Below, in pieces: positions 46,901 to 59,676 of a stretch of DNA of 64,000 nt (positions within the stretch are counted from its first letter, which is position 1; every line of letters begins with the position of its first letter). The notes under the pieces were generated by a model, which ran no database searches, had not been told where the DNA came from, and worked only from the letters and a program-made list of their open reading frames with translations. The DNA is from Zygnema circumcarinatum SAG 698-1b (taxonomy: Eukaryota > Plantae > Zygnematophyceae). A program made the position numbers and the translations under genes. The stretch lies in assembly GCA_037447605.1 (NCBI GenBank), contig CM074805.1:1955361-2019360 (forward strand). Reading direction: 5' to 3'.

Positions 46901-48421
46901 GGGGGGGGCAGAGAGTGGGAGAGGGAGGAAGGCTAGGGAGGATCAGAATGGGACTGGTTTCAACTCTACAACGAGTCGTATGGATAATAGGAATTTTAGT
47001 TCATCTACTGCGGCAGTTCGGCCGATTCAGCTGTTTTGAGTAGAACTCATCACTGGGAAGGAGGCTGGGTCCACACTGCAGACCGATTGAGATCTTGAGA
47101 AATTCAGAATTCAATGTTATTTTTAAAACACGTTCACATGCTCAAAAGTTAAGCTTTACTCGGTGGGTAAGGGGTAAGCTGCACCACCAAGAAGTCCCGT
47201 AAAGTCACCTGAAGTAGACCTCGTGATGATCTAGTTTTTTCCAGACTGACTGTTCCCTCTACCTTCCTCCTTTCTTTCTCTCCCCTCTTCCTGCCTTCCT
47301 CAGATCGCTTCCTCCACCTCTCACTCTTGCCTTTCTGAGGAAGCGACAACTGAACCAAAACCTTTTGTCTAGACAGGTCCATCGGAATGGACACTTCTGT
47401 TTGAAGGCCTGACACGAGAAGATTGTCAAACTCAGTTTTTCAGTTCAGGCTTTTATTATGTGTCGTAAGTGGCCCATGGCATATTTAAGCTAGTCATTAG
47501 GCAAAAATCTGATCGCGTTTTTCTGAAAGAGTATTGGTTCTTCAATGGAAGTTTGATTAGCCGCTTTGTCGTTTGTCCAACCTAAATTAAGTGACATATG
47601 GCAACTACAATAATGACGGGCTCTTAGACGAACAGAAGGAATACAGCAGAAGAGTGATTTTTTCATTTATTTCACTTTTACTTCCCGCCTACAAGACTGA
47701 AACATCTGAACTGGCGGTACTCCTGGCTTACCCTTGGAGTCCATTTCTTGAGCATTCTCCTCCTTGAGCACGCAGAACCATATCTTGCAACTGCCGATGG
47801 ATAAATGAGTTGGCTCCACTTCTACTCCTCGAGTAATTGAACCCTGATTCGTAGTGTATTAGGAACTAGATGCTCTCGTCAGCCTGCACTTTAGGGAGGT
47901 TTTAGAGACTCCAGCCTCTTTTGCAGTTACCCATTCTTACTGACTGTTTATGGTTTGCCGTTCTTGTGAATGGTTCTCCCTGTTTAAACTTCAGATATGG
48001 CAACTTGAATGCTGTGGCATCTGCATACACCCGCAGCAAGGCTCCCTACGAAACATTAAGCGACAAGCAAGTGTTGGAGCGCCTTATTGGAAGCATGGAA
48101 AGCTGCAAATTAGTGCTTGACATCATTTTGTATACACAGACGTATGACATCGACTTCCGGCAGTATGGATCCTACAGTGAGTGGGAGGGGCCCAAAAACT
48201 CAACGGAAATGCGTTATTCCATGATGTCCAAGCGACGGCAAAAATATGCCGAGCATTGGCAGGAGGTAGGCTTCTTCTTAGGCCGAGAATTTCGCCTCAT
48301 TTCGAATTCGGAAGCGTTGGAAAACGGGGCCCCTCGTTTGAAATTGTGTAAATTGTTGATGAATGCCATTCTAGACAAAGTAGTTGTCCGATATTACTTT
48401 GAACTAGTTGACGAATCTTAG
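43994..48421 (+). CDS. WbsX-family glycosyltransferase / GH99-like protein with a probable N-terminal membrane anchor; 5' and 3' exon structure uncertain
   Basis: Confident exons about 45281-45426, 45637-45834, 45969-46140, 46299-46865 and 47995-48265. They give LIAVVFPQ|YHAFEKNNQFWGTNFTEW...GYYNFLD...AKHYGIG|GLAYHHYWY...PFSFIWANHAWTRVWDG|...YIKVNGKPLFVFY...GWDNFPR...FLTAWNEWGEGNNLEPD..FG|YGNLNAV. An upstream hydrophobic stretch GGALVAGIALALLLAG lies at about 44140-44190. Confidence 0.85.
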
Positions 48422-48715
48422 GATGGTTGACCTAGGCCATTATGTGGATATATATCTCGTAGGGCGTATTGGGCACGCCCATGGTCAGACATAGGTACAT
48501 CAAAAGAGCCCTTACCTCAGGGTAGTTTCTCTTTTTTGTCCACAAAAGAAAAAAGTGTACTTGTAGCTCGTTGCGATACATCCTAAATGATTCTTTGATG
48601 TGTAATTCTGACGGCTGGGTATCAGTCGTTGGCCTCCTACATAAGAGGTGAAGTCAGATTTCATAATTCAGTCCATGAATGAACCTGCTCCCGACTTTCT
48701 GCTGCTGCATTCACT

Positions 48716-49196
48716 TTAGTTCCAAGTATGCATAATCGAATATGCCAATGTAGTGACAGGAGGACGCTTGGCTCGACGAGCTGAAGTACATGGCCTTACA
48801 GCCGCTGCCTCGCTCTTCTCAGTCTCGTAAACATGCGCAGGGTGGGCCCTCCTTCCTCTGCCACTCCCAAGGTGCCTCCGGGAGAACCGGTCCCTCCAGT
48901 TCCCCAACTAAAGAAAATGGTAGTGCACAAGGGACAGGAAAAGGCCAAGGGTTTGCATGAGAGTTGCTGCCAGCAGACTCCAATATAGGCTTCAGTACCT
49001 TCGAGCCCTACTTGGCAACAATGAGGGGAATTTGGGTCCAATGAGAAGGACGGCCCCGAAAAGTCTTCGATGAGATTCGCCTCTCCTGCTCTCTTTCCTG
49101 GCGCTTTAACTCTATCGCTGCGTCCTCTGCCTGCTTTCTATCTCTCGCTGCTTTCATCTGCTTCCTGATGGATTGCCCGACTGTCCTACTCGCCAT
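48716..49196 (-). CDS. Possible small gene of unknown product (charged, helical N-terminus)
   Basis: A pyrimidine-rich leader and intron-like region at 49430-49200 precede ATG 49196 (MASRTVGQSIRKQMKAARDRKQAEDAAIELKRQEREQERR). No recognisable family and no convincing splice model. Confidence 0.25.
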
Positions 49197-50375
49197 CTGT
49201 GCCGACACTCGGCAGTAGGAGTGAGAAGCGCGAGGGAGGCGTCACTAACAAATCGATAACAGGAACAAGTGAACAGGTGCAGAAGCAAAATCTATTGCTG
49301 CAGGTGCAAGTTGCTGTGCGTCTAGGCGAAGAAGGCGAAAATGAGGACGAGGGAGAGAGAGTGAGCGAGGCAGGGAGGAAGGGGAGGAGGGAGAGAGCGG
49401 GGGTGAGGGCGGGGGCGAACCGGGTAGGGGTTGTCCGACTTAGCAAAAAGTTACTAAAAGTTTGCGATCAGTATTGCGAAAAGCAAAGTTACTGACGTCT
49501 GATAATGTTTGCTTTGCCGAACCTGAACCGAACCTGCTGCATGTCAACCGTGCATAAAGTGCAAGTCCACTTGTTGGACGGCGCGGCCCAAACGTTCTGT
49601 CCGTACAGCTCGTCCCAAAAAGTATTGTTCGTACAACTCGTCCCAAAACGTACTGACCGTACAGTCTATCCGTACGAATTCGTCCGTTCCCGAAAGGGCG
49701 GAGTGACGAAACGGGCGTCATCGTGACGTCATGGCGGTACTGGCGTCCCCCTTCCTGCCCGCCGCCTGCCGCCTCCTCCCCCTCCGCCTGCCATGGCCCG
49801 CCCCTCCTGCCGGCGCCCCTGCTGGCGGAAGCATAGTGTTCAAGCTTGCAGGGAGGTGCTTCGTTCATTGTAGGTGAGGGGTTGAAGACGGTGCTTGCAA
49901 TCCTTGGAGGAGCATGTCCAAGTATAACTATGTTGTTCGAGTCTCATTAATGTATAAAGACTTCTTCCTATACTTTTTTTCTTTTTTGCACTTCTCGTGT
50001 GTGATTCCCTCATCGTTTGCTTTGAATTAAAATGGGCATATGCATGAAAGAAATTGAATAAAGTAGAGAAAATGTGGGGGCAAGGGGGGAGAGTGCAGGA
50101 GGGTGCCTATAGGATCGTGGTTTGTTTGGGTGTTTTGCAACACATTCCTTGGAATCCCTTCTTTAACTACCACCACCATTCACCTCGGAAGTTTCCCATG
50201 GGCTGTTTCCATCGGCCGACCGACTTCGCCAGGAACGCACCAATCCATCCCTCCCTCGGGAGGCTATTTTTATCATAAGGACGAACAGACAGTATTGAAA
50301 ATGCAAAGTATTGCATTGATCTCCCAATGCTACGCCATCACACGCTTACGGACAATATCAAGAATACTGGAACTC

Positions 50376-53300
50376 AGAAGCTGAACGCTACGGGGCCACC
50401 CACTTGAAAGTATTGAAGGCTTCCGTCTCTAGTACTTCTCACCTCTGTGCGCTGGGCCGGCTGCCAGCTGCGCGTTTGGGACCACCTAGACTGGTCTCGG
50501 GATCAACCTCGCTAAGGTCAGTAGTGGTTCGAAGCGGCGCGTATACCGGTATACATGAGTCATACGCCGGATGCGGGTCGAGGGATCACTAATCCTCACT
50601 ACATCTTCCTTACGCTGAACGAACTGCCGTCCGCATACCGCGTTACCGCTGTAATTTTATCGATTTGCCACGACTCAAGGCCACAATGCTGTAGGATCCG
50701 ACCAAGACCGACGCATTTTGCCGGCGTTGCCAAGGCCGGCCACGCTGAATGCGGGGGTAGCCAGACGGCCAGGACACCTTCCACCCACTCCGCTGGTAGG
50801 TGGACACGCTGGGCAGCCTCACATCGGGATGTGCCTCGCCTCCAACTCTCCACGGTAGGAGGTTCAACTGGGAAGAAAGAGGTGGGCTGTGGTGACCGCC
50901 GCCACCCAACGAACGTGCATCGGTGATTCGGGTTGCACCTCACTGTGGCCGCGCCACTCTCCGCTCGCTTCTCGCTTCTCGCTTCTCAGCCTCTCACAAT
51001 AACTCGAAATGGCCAGGTAAAGAGTTCCTCGCTGCCAGGCCAAGGAGTTGATTACCAAGCATTGTATCGAGCCGCCACAAGGCCTTCTTTGCTGTAACTC
51101 AAGGGTCATGGTGACCACTCGCCGGGCCTAGGGGACCTGGGCCTGGTGCCGCCACTCCTCCACCACCACCCCCGACGAAGTGATGGAGAGAACTCGGACC
51201 GCGTCGCCCCTGGGCCGGGAGGGGCCTGGGCCTCGAGCCTAATGGACGACTGCGTTATCTTCGCGGATCGGGCCAGCCACCCTCCAAGGCCACCGGAGCC
51301 GCTGCCCCGCGGAACTGGCCGATCCTGATGTGATCGGGCCCACATCACTGGCCCTCAAGATGAAGCAAGAGGGATCGACGAATCGGGAGCGGATGTATGC
51401 GCTACTGCTGCCGCTACCATGGCCTCGTGACGCAGGTGTGGATTTACATGGGAGCTCACGGCCCGCCGCCAGCGACATCAGCCCAAACGGAGTTCCCGGC
51501 CTTGACAGCCCCGGAGGATCGGCAGGCGTATGCCCTCAACCCCCTCGCCGTGCAGGTGCGTGGACGCAGCGCCAGGTCCCTCGGGAAGTGGGTTGTGCAA
51601 ACCACCTCGGGTAGCGCCGTCTCTGGGTCTCCGACAGTTCCCAACCGTCACGGGCAATGGCAGGAGTCCTGACCCCCGGCTTTTCCACTGGGAGTCACCC
51701 CACGGGCGCGAACCACCTCAAAGAATGGGACCCCACGGGGTACCACAGCGGAGGGAGATCCTGCAAATTCTGACCGCCCCCAAGAATCCCATCAGGATGC
51801 CCGAATTCGCCAAGCGGCCCCTCTTCAGCTTAACATCCTACTCACTCTGGACCGCCACTGTGAAGAACTGTCGGGTCAAATCTTAAGTGGCTACCTTTCC
51901 GGCGCACTCAACCGTCTCTCCAAATGGGTAAGCTTTTGCTACTCAAAGACTGAGGAGCGATACCGCTAAGCAGAGAGGGCTCTCTCTCTGATGAGATTGG
52001 GATTTATCGATAAGTCGTGATGAACTTATCAAACACTTTGCCTTGGATCCCATTGAGTGCCCTGGATAAGTTTCTTAATACTGGCCCAAACCGGCAAATA
52101 CAAGGCCAAGGAAATTTCATGTATGCCGGGTGCTCTCAGATTACCACTACAAGCCCGGACAGCCGAAGTTCTTTTTCCACTTCAGAATGGCTTCAAGCCA
52201 CACCTACGAAGAACATGACCAACCCACTCACTCCTCAAACCGCGACCCCGGGCCGACCCCCCCGGAAATTGCACTTGATGCAGCCTATTCACTGACACCG
52301 CCTCGCAGCGAGCGCAGCCCCTTCCCACCCCCTCAGAGGTCAAGGACGCCGACACGCGGGAAGCGCGGGACTCAGCCCCGCCAAGATGGCAGAAAGAACA
52401 AGCCAGCAGCTCTGCTGGCCGCCTCACCACCCACCGCCGCCAGGTTGACTCGTGAGGAATGGGAGAAGACGCAATGTGAATAAGCGTTTCCGGCCGCCAA
52501 GTAGTGAGGGAAACGGATGTTCCTCTCAACGCCTGGGCGACGTATAGCGGCAGGTCGAGGGCTTCAAACCCACCAGCTGTTCTTTGGGGTTGCCATTAGC
52601 CGGGTGGCCACGCTAAAGTTGTGGGGAGGGATGAGACCGCCGCTGTGTCTGGGACATTTGTTTCTTAGAACCCTCGACATTCTAAATTCATATATCGCGT
52701 GCCTTTGGGAATGCAACACGCATCTTCGTGGCGCTGATGCGACTGCTTCATTTCCTCTCCCCGCCATCAGAAATACCTTGGGGCTTACGGACGTATCGAT
52801 TTAACGCTTATCGCACGCTCTGGTCCTCAACGCTACGTGGGCTTACTTACGTTTCCTACGCACGCGCCACGGACGTTGGTGATGTTACGGAAACACCTCC
52901 CATATCTCATACAGACGCTACTGTTCCTCGCCGACACGGTGCAGCCAGACCTTTCCCAAATACCACTGGGCGTCAGCGTAATACTGGGCTGAGGAAAAGT
53001 AAGTAACACGCCAGCGCAAGAGACGTGGAAGCGATCCACCAGCCGGGTTGGCTCACCCTACACATCGCGCGAGGACGGCTCGTCTCCTCAACCTTCGTGA
53101 CAGGCGGCGGCGCATCTATGTTCCACTCCGGGCTTCATCGCGCCATGACCTTCGGCCGGTCGCCGAACGGCCACCCGCCAGCTTCTTCGCTCGGAGCATC
53201 GGGCAGATGCTAACTATACTTCAAGGCTTCACCCGTGTTTAAGCTGACCACGCCTCCCCATTCTGAAAAGTTTCAAGTACTGGACGGACGCTAGTGGGCG

Positions 53301-56300
53301 ATCTCTCGTAAATGCCACACTCAAGATCGCTCTCCATCCTACCCGGCAAATGTTGTCTTCTAACACAATAACCGCCCTCAAGATCGAGCAAATATTTTGG
53401 GAGCCATTGCTAACCACGGGTCAGGCGCACAAATGGATTCTTTTTCTCGTCTCCACATCGTGATTCTCGCGACAATGTGACAGCGCCATTCTCGCACTCG
53501 GGCAGAGCCGTCCTCTCGCCGCTGCCATTGAGTTCTGCTACCTTATCTCGTGCTCAGCCCGCGCAAATACAAAAAGAAGTAAGCGGTGGAGGCACCTTGT
53601 ACCATGCGCGCACGCCACGCATAACGACCGGTGATTGCCGTTTCACGGCGATCGGGGACGGCGTGGTTCGCCATCCACGATGCTCGGCCGCTCCATCCTG
53701 CATCCAACCTCTCGGCGCACGGTCTGACGCCTTCCCCATTTAATTTCCAAAGAGGTCGCAATTATCAGAAGGGGCATAGCCAATCCCTGAAGCTCGAAAG
53801 CAAAGCCGCTTTGGCGGCCGATTTATCGGCAAGTCCAAAACCGAAATGCAGTTAATCGGGTAACTTTATTGCTTTACGCGGCCGGATAGCAGCCCGCCCA
53901 AAGCCCTGGGGGCTCTACCCCGTTTGCTCTTGTCAGCAGTAAAGATGGCTCGCTGGTGACGCGTGATTGATGAAGCCGCCAAGCACTCAACAAGATCACC
54001 GTAAAAGAATCGCATTTGCTTTACCACGCATCGCATGACGGTTGGATCGCCTTCACGGGCGCCAAAGTGTTTCTTACTTTGACTTGACCTTGCTCGTGGG
54101 TATCATCGACCGCTGGCCACTGCTCGATAGCGCTAAAACCGCTAGTTCTGACGTACGATCGGGTCATTTCCAATATAAGGTATTGCCCCTCGATTGATCT
54201 CAATGCTCCGGCAACTTTCCGCCGCCGCTTCTAACGATGTTTATCGGTACGGACGAAGTTTGTTTTCGCTTTACCCTCGACGCATATCCCTGCTCTCGCG
54301 AAGCATCTGAGGATCTACCTCATCTTCACCAATGCCCGGAAAGTTGCCTGAGACCGAGAAACACCGCTATGCCAAGCAGCTAAGAAGTGTCACTCATGCG
54401 CATGGAAGCTGCTTTTATCTCGGGCATATGCCCCCACGCATCGGCCTTCGCCCCGCCAAAAGTTCTCGCCGGGTGTAAAACTGGCACCACCGACTCTCGG
54501 GCTTGAGGTCTTTTCTCGGGCTTATTTTCGTAGCTCATCCGCGGTTTAAGAAGTTGCTACCCTTGACTAATTTGGACACGCTCCGCCCCTTTACATGGGA
54601 CCCCTCAATGCCGTGGACGCATTCGGGCGGCGCCATGCACTTCAGCACGCACTCCACTGCTTACGGGACCCTCGGGCCCAACCTTACGTAAGTGGTTTTG
54701 TGATGGGATTCAACACTGCGCCGCCTTGTTTCTGGCGACGGGTCAACCGGGCGCATGAAAGTCGCAAAATGAATCCCCGGCCGAGCCGCCAAACTATTCT
54801 CGCACGTAACGGTGAACCGCCACGTCCACCGGTGACACGGGCACAGCTATTTGTAGTGCGTCACTGTCATCACACCACCGCCTAATTTCTACCCAACACC
54901 CTCGCTTCAGGGCGCAGCACGCCGTCCGGAAATTCTCCAAAGGTTTGACCGCTGTAAGGCTTTATCGGCGTCAATGTCGCGTACTCCAGTGCGCGCGATC
55001 TTTGCTCGGATGGTGCCGTTTCTGCCGCATCGGAAGTGTTGGGCGAACGAGATGACAGAGGTGAGGGGCTCACTTCAAGGAAGCCCTCGCTCAGTATGCT
55101 TTTGTCATGTATCCCTTCCACTGACGTAGGCCAACCCTCGCCTCTCCAACCGCATGACGCATCCAGAGGGTATACCGGTGATCCTTGCTCCCCGGACGGC
55201 CAAGGTAATGGGCTATAAGGACAAAGTGGGCGCTCTAAGGACTCCATTCTCAAAATTACCTGGCCAGCGCTTTGGTCGCGTGCCTGCTGCCGGACTGCAT
55301 TTTGCCAGCCTCATTCTCGTGAGCTACATCCTCCTCGCGCATCGGTGTCAAGCATGGGAGCCGCTAAAACCCGGCACGCCCGGTTCTCGCGGCCTCGACT
55401 TCGGTGGACGCGAAAGCATATGCATCGCTGTCCAACTTGTCAATCTAAACAAACCCCGCGACCGGCAGATCCTCGCCACCAAGTACCACACCTCCTCCTC
55501 GAAACGGGACAAGCAAGGGTATGGACTTGATCGGCCATCTTCCCTTCGCGGACACCCTGGGTAATGACCCACCGCCTTTGTCGTGATCGACCTCACAAGA
55601 TGGTGCATTTTGCACCACCACTACACCGGCCGGGCCGCCTAATTTGTAGACCGCACGGGTTGTACGCTGACAAAGTGTGGGAGCCAGCATTTGCCTCGGC
55701 CGAATTGTGGGTGCGCCCCATCAAAGGACCACGCATTCACCGCCATTTTGACTAGTACCAAAATCGCCGGGGACTGGGCAAGCGTTGAGTATGCAAATTT
55801 TTCCACCCAAGAAACCATGGCTGCATCTAACGCGTAATCGTGGATCCTCGGAGGGATTACTACCTCCGTGACATGGACCTTACCCCCCCGACGGGCGGAC
55901 GTAATCGGCCCCCAAACCGCAGTACGCCATCAATGCTTTCCCCAAGAGTCCATCTGGTATTCACCCCCTTTCTTCTTGAATCTTTGGCCAAGATCCTCTA
56001 AATCCCCGCGAATCAAGGGATCACCGGACCAAATACTGGGCGCCCACAATCCCCGCATCCTTGGAAGCCGAGAGTGACCACGGGGATTCCAACCTCGCAT
56101 CTTTTGTCCGGACTAATGTTCGAGGCTGCGCAGGCACGGGCAGACTCGCTACCGCCCGGCCGCTGGCTAAAGGCTCCATAGCCGACCGGGCCATCGTGAC
56201 TCCAACTCACCTTCAACGAAGGCTTACATGAGGTGTTGCTGGGCACGGCTAACTTGAGACTCAAAGCTTACGTATGTAACACGTGCAGTGCCGCGTGGCC

Positions 56301-57410
56301 CCTCGCCTTTCCCACTCCACCTTTTGGGTCGTGCGGAAGCCGTAATCAACGACGCCGCTATTGTGGTTAGATTTACCATCCACAATGCAAGGTGCATCCG
56401 TCTTTCATGTGGGCTTGGCAAAAGGTCTATCAGAAGCGATGGGAGGATCCAAACACCTCCCCAATTGAACTTGGAAGGTGAACTTGAGTACCAAGTTGAA
56501 ACCATTCAAGCCCACCGTGACAGAGAAAGGGTCGATCTTCCCGGCCACGCAATACCTCGCGGAAGTGGTTACTATGGGGTTAACATGGGGAAGCCGGTGG
56601 CAACTTAACCAATTGCCAAGAGCTCACCAACTTGCACTGGAGGCGCAGCTGTGAGAGCTGGCGAGGGCGTGCACGGGGTCACCGCCCCCGCTAAATCCTC
56701 GGAAAGGACTTGACCGATTATCACAGCCCTCCGTTATCACGAGTTCGACGCTGCTGGAAACTACGAGCCGCTTTTACTACCTTCACACACGCGTGAATCA
56801 GGCGTCACATTCGCCGTGGGGAGTAATGTAGCCAAACGCTACAGCCACCCACGTACTTAGGCCTCGCCCTAGTACTCTCACCTCGTGGCCGAGTGGCCAA
56901 GGCGTTTCGGGACCACCTAGACCGAAGGGTCCGGGATCAACCTTGCGAAGGTTGCAAGGGTTCGGCGCGCGCGTATAACAGACATATATGAGTCGTCGGC
57001 CATGTGGTCGGGATCACGGACCACCACATCTTCCTTTACGCTTTGAACGTAACCGCCGCCCGCATACTACGGGTTACCGCTGGTACGACGATCGCCGGGG
57101 CCGACCCGCCGCCACAGAGGGATCCATCACAGACCGACGTGACGGGCGGCGCCGGCCATGTTAGCGAAGGCTACCGCTGAATGCGCGGGTGATGCCTGCG
57201 ACGCTGTACACCTTCGACCCATTCGCACGTAGAGGACACGCGGCACCGCCATTGGACGCTCGCCTCCAACTCTCCATGCAGGAGGTTCACCCGGGAAGCT
57301 AGGGGCGAGGGTGACTGCCGCTACCCAACTAACGCATCGGCATTCGGTTGCACCTCGCACTGTGGCTGCGCCTACCTTCCGGCTCGCCGCCCGCTTCCGC
57401 CCTCTCGGCC
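50376..57410 (+). mobile_element. Degenerate chromodomain Ty3/gypsy LTR retrotransposon (element 1)
   Basis: Diverged LTR pair at about 50376-50998 and 56829-57410, with PPT GGGGAGTAA|TGTAGC. Frameshifted relics of gag, protease (about 53090), RT ([19 protein letters not shown]; GHFQYKVLP..NAPATF, 53940-54230), integrase (55100-56000) and chromodomain (LEGELEYQVETIQAHR, about 56465). Confidence 0.9.
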
Positions 57411-57532
57411 AACTCGAGCTGGTGTGTTATTCCGCCGCTGTGCCGGCGGAGTTAGATTTCACCGCTGGCGTAACCGTGATCGCGCCACCGCTTGCATGCA
57501 TCCTCCTCTCGCGACGCCTCTTTGCAACGCTT

Positions 57533-58393
57533 CTCATTGTGTCGACTATTGATCTAAGAATTATTGGACAACCATTGGATGGCAATGGTTGGACGCTCAT
57601 CGAAGTTATAAATCAGCCGATCGGTTGCCAACCGATGCCAATCGCTGACATTCGATCGGGTTTGGAACCGCGGATGCCATCGGAATACAACCATTCGGGA
57701 TCGGTGTTTGGAACCGCCGATGCCAATCGCTGCCAACCATTCGACTCGTTTGGAACCGGATGCCACCGGGTTATACCAGTCGAATGCTGTTTCGGATCCG
57801 CTGGTAATCGTTGGCAAACCGAATGGTTATATCCATTAAATTCAAAATGGTTGGCAACCATTAAATCACTAGTTGTCAACGGTTGGCAACCCACCAAAAT
57901 GATGTGTACAATAGGGGTATAGCCCTAACTGCATAATCGCGACGTCCTTAGCCGTCAGCTGTCCTTAGGAGATTCCGCCCGATGTGGAACCGACCGGCGC
58001 CTTAGTCTAGTGGGAACACGCAGAACTAGCCTTTGGCCACATGGCGAGTGGCTATAGGTCGCGTCGTCGAACCAGTCGAATGGTTGTTTCAGTACTGCGC
58101 CACTGGTTGGCAACCAGTCGAATGGTTGTTTCAGTCCGCAACCACTGGTTGGCAACTAGTCGAATGGTTTGGAACCAGTGGATGCCACTGGTTGGCAACC
58201 AGTAGAATGGTTGTTTCAGTCCGCAACCACTGGTTGGCAACTAGTCGAATGGTTTGGAACCAGTGGATGCCACTGGTTGGCAACCAGTCGAATGGTTGTT
58301 TCGATCCGGCGGCACTGGTTGGCAACCAGTCGAATGGTTGCCAACCAGTGGCATCCAACCAGTCGACTGGTTTGTCTCATGGTCCGATCTGTG
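57533..58393 (-). mobile_element. Second copy of the CACAG-terminus palindrome-array element
   Basis: Ends GGTCCGATCTGTG|CAACGTTT, with left flank CAACGCTT (7/8 TSD match) and a degenerate left terminus. The arrays are the reverse complement of those in 17714-18600. Confidence 0.85.
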
Positions 58394-58584
58394 CAACGTT
58401 TCCTTCACTCGACGTTGACGACTGACTCATGACGACTTGATGATGACTTGATGAGTAGAATCAACTGAAAACCGGTTGTCTCCCAATCGCGTTCCGCCAC
58501 GTGGCTACTGAGGAGCCACGTTCTAGCAGTACAGAGTCGGAATGTGTACCTAAATTCAAAGCTCCCCAGAATCACTGCAACAAT

Positions 58585-58785
58585 TAATTAGATGGCCCGA
58601 GTTTATAAAGTCCTAATTATATTATATACTTTTTACAACGGGTTTAAAAAGAGGATATAGTACAAAGCACTTTATTACATACATTATACCCACCTGTTTT
58701 AACAATTAATCCACCGCATTTAATCAAGACTGCACGTCGCACGGGTCGTACTCATACCAAAATTAGGTCGTTTTGGCGCTATGCT
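58585..58785 (+). mobile_element. Diverged fragment of the hAT MITE family
   Basis: gatggcccgagtttataaa...tacaacgggtttaaaa...cactttattacata..ttataccca...ccaaaattaggtcgttttggcg aligns with the left half of 35351. Confidence 0.75.
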
Positions 58786-58830
58786 GTAGCACGTGATAAG
58801 TAAGGCGAGACCGGCCGAGCTAGTTGAAGG

Positions 58831-59676
58831 TGTTACCGCCACCAAGGCAAGGCAATAAACCAATGAAGCGGTTGGGTTCTTGCGGGTCTCAGCAAAGATA
58901 AGCCGTGATCCGGGATTCGTGAGGTACGCGCGTACCGAAGACGATCCTCAAGATGTTCCCCACCCAAGGCCGACTGATGCTAGCGAGCCCTTGGGGGCTC
59001 TCCTCCCCCGTCTCCTCTCCCCAGTTCTTAGTTAGGGCTTCTAGTTATCATTGGTCATTGGGAGGGATGCGTGATAGAACAAGATGGTAGCTTGGCATAG
59101 TGACAAAGAAAGGGAAAATAGGACTCAACTTAGATAAAGACCTGATCTTGAGTCACCCCACCAAATGGGTTGGTCGGGGACGCTCATTGGCAATGAAAGG
59201 ATCTTCTCACTGAAATCTTTGTCTAGCTGGGCTGAAGGGGACGTCTAAATGCTATCAGCAAGAAGACTCTTTCTCTCTCTCTCTCTCTATCTATGGCATG
59301 GAACTCTCTCTCTCTCTCACACTTAGCATCTGTTGCTGGAACTGAAGAGGAAGAAGAGAAGAACAAGACAACAAACCACACAACAAATACAAATATTTCA
59401 AGCCCAAATAAAAGACAAACTAGCATCACCGCCATCCCATCTACTTCTAACTGCTATGCAATCTTGAGTTCTTACAGTGATGCTCGACAATAACCGCCCA
59501 ATCGAGAGGCCTCGATCGACCACGGGAGCCTTCGACGGGTCAACAAACACCGACGCGGGCACTTTGGCGGCGCCGCGCCTAGCCGATGGTGTCTGGCCGC
59601 CACCGGCGCCGCCAGATTTCTTCCGTCGCAATTCCCCGGATCGCCGTCCGTGACACCCAATATGAACATGTCAAGT
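58831..59676 (+). mobile_element. LTR (TGTTA...TTACA, 58831-59476) plus leader of a third LTR element, interrupted by element 2
   Basis: TG...CA ends, about 645 bp, with AATAAA near the 3' end and (CT)n tracts. No matching TSD, so not a clean solo LTR. Followed by about 200 bp of leader-like sequence up to the LTR of element 2. Confidence 0.55.
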
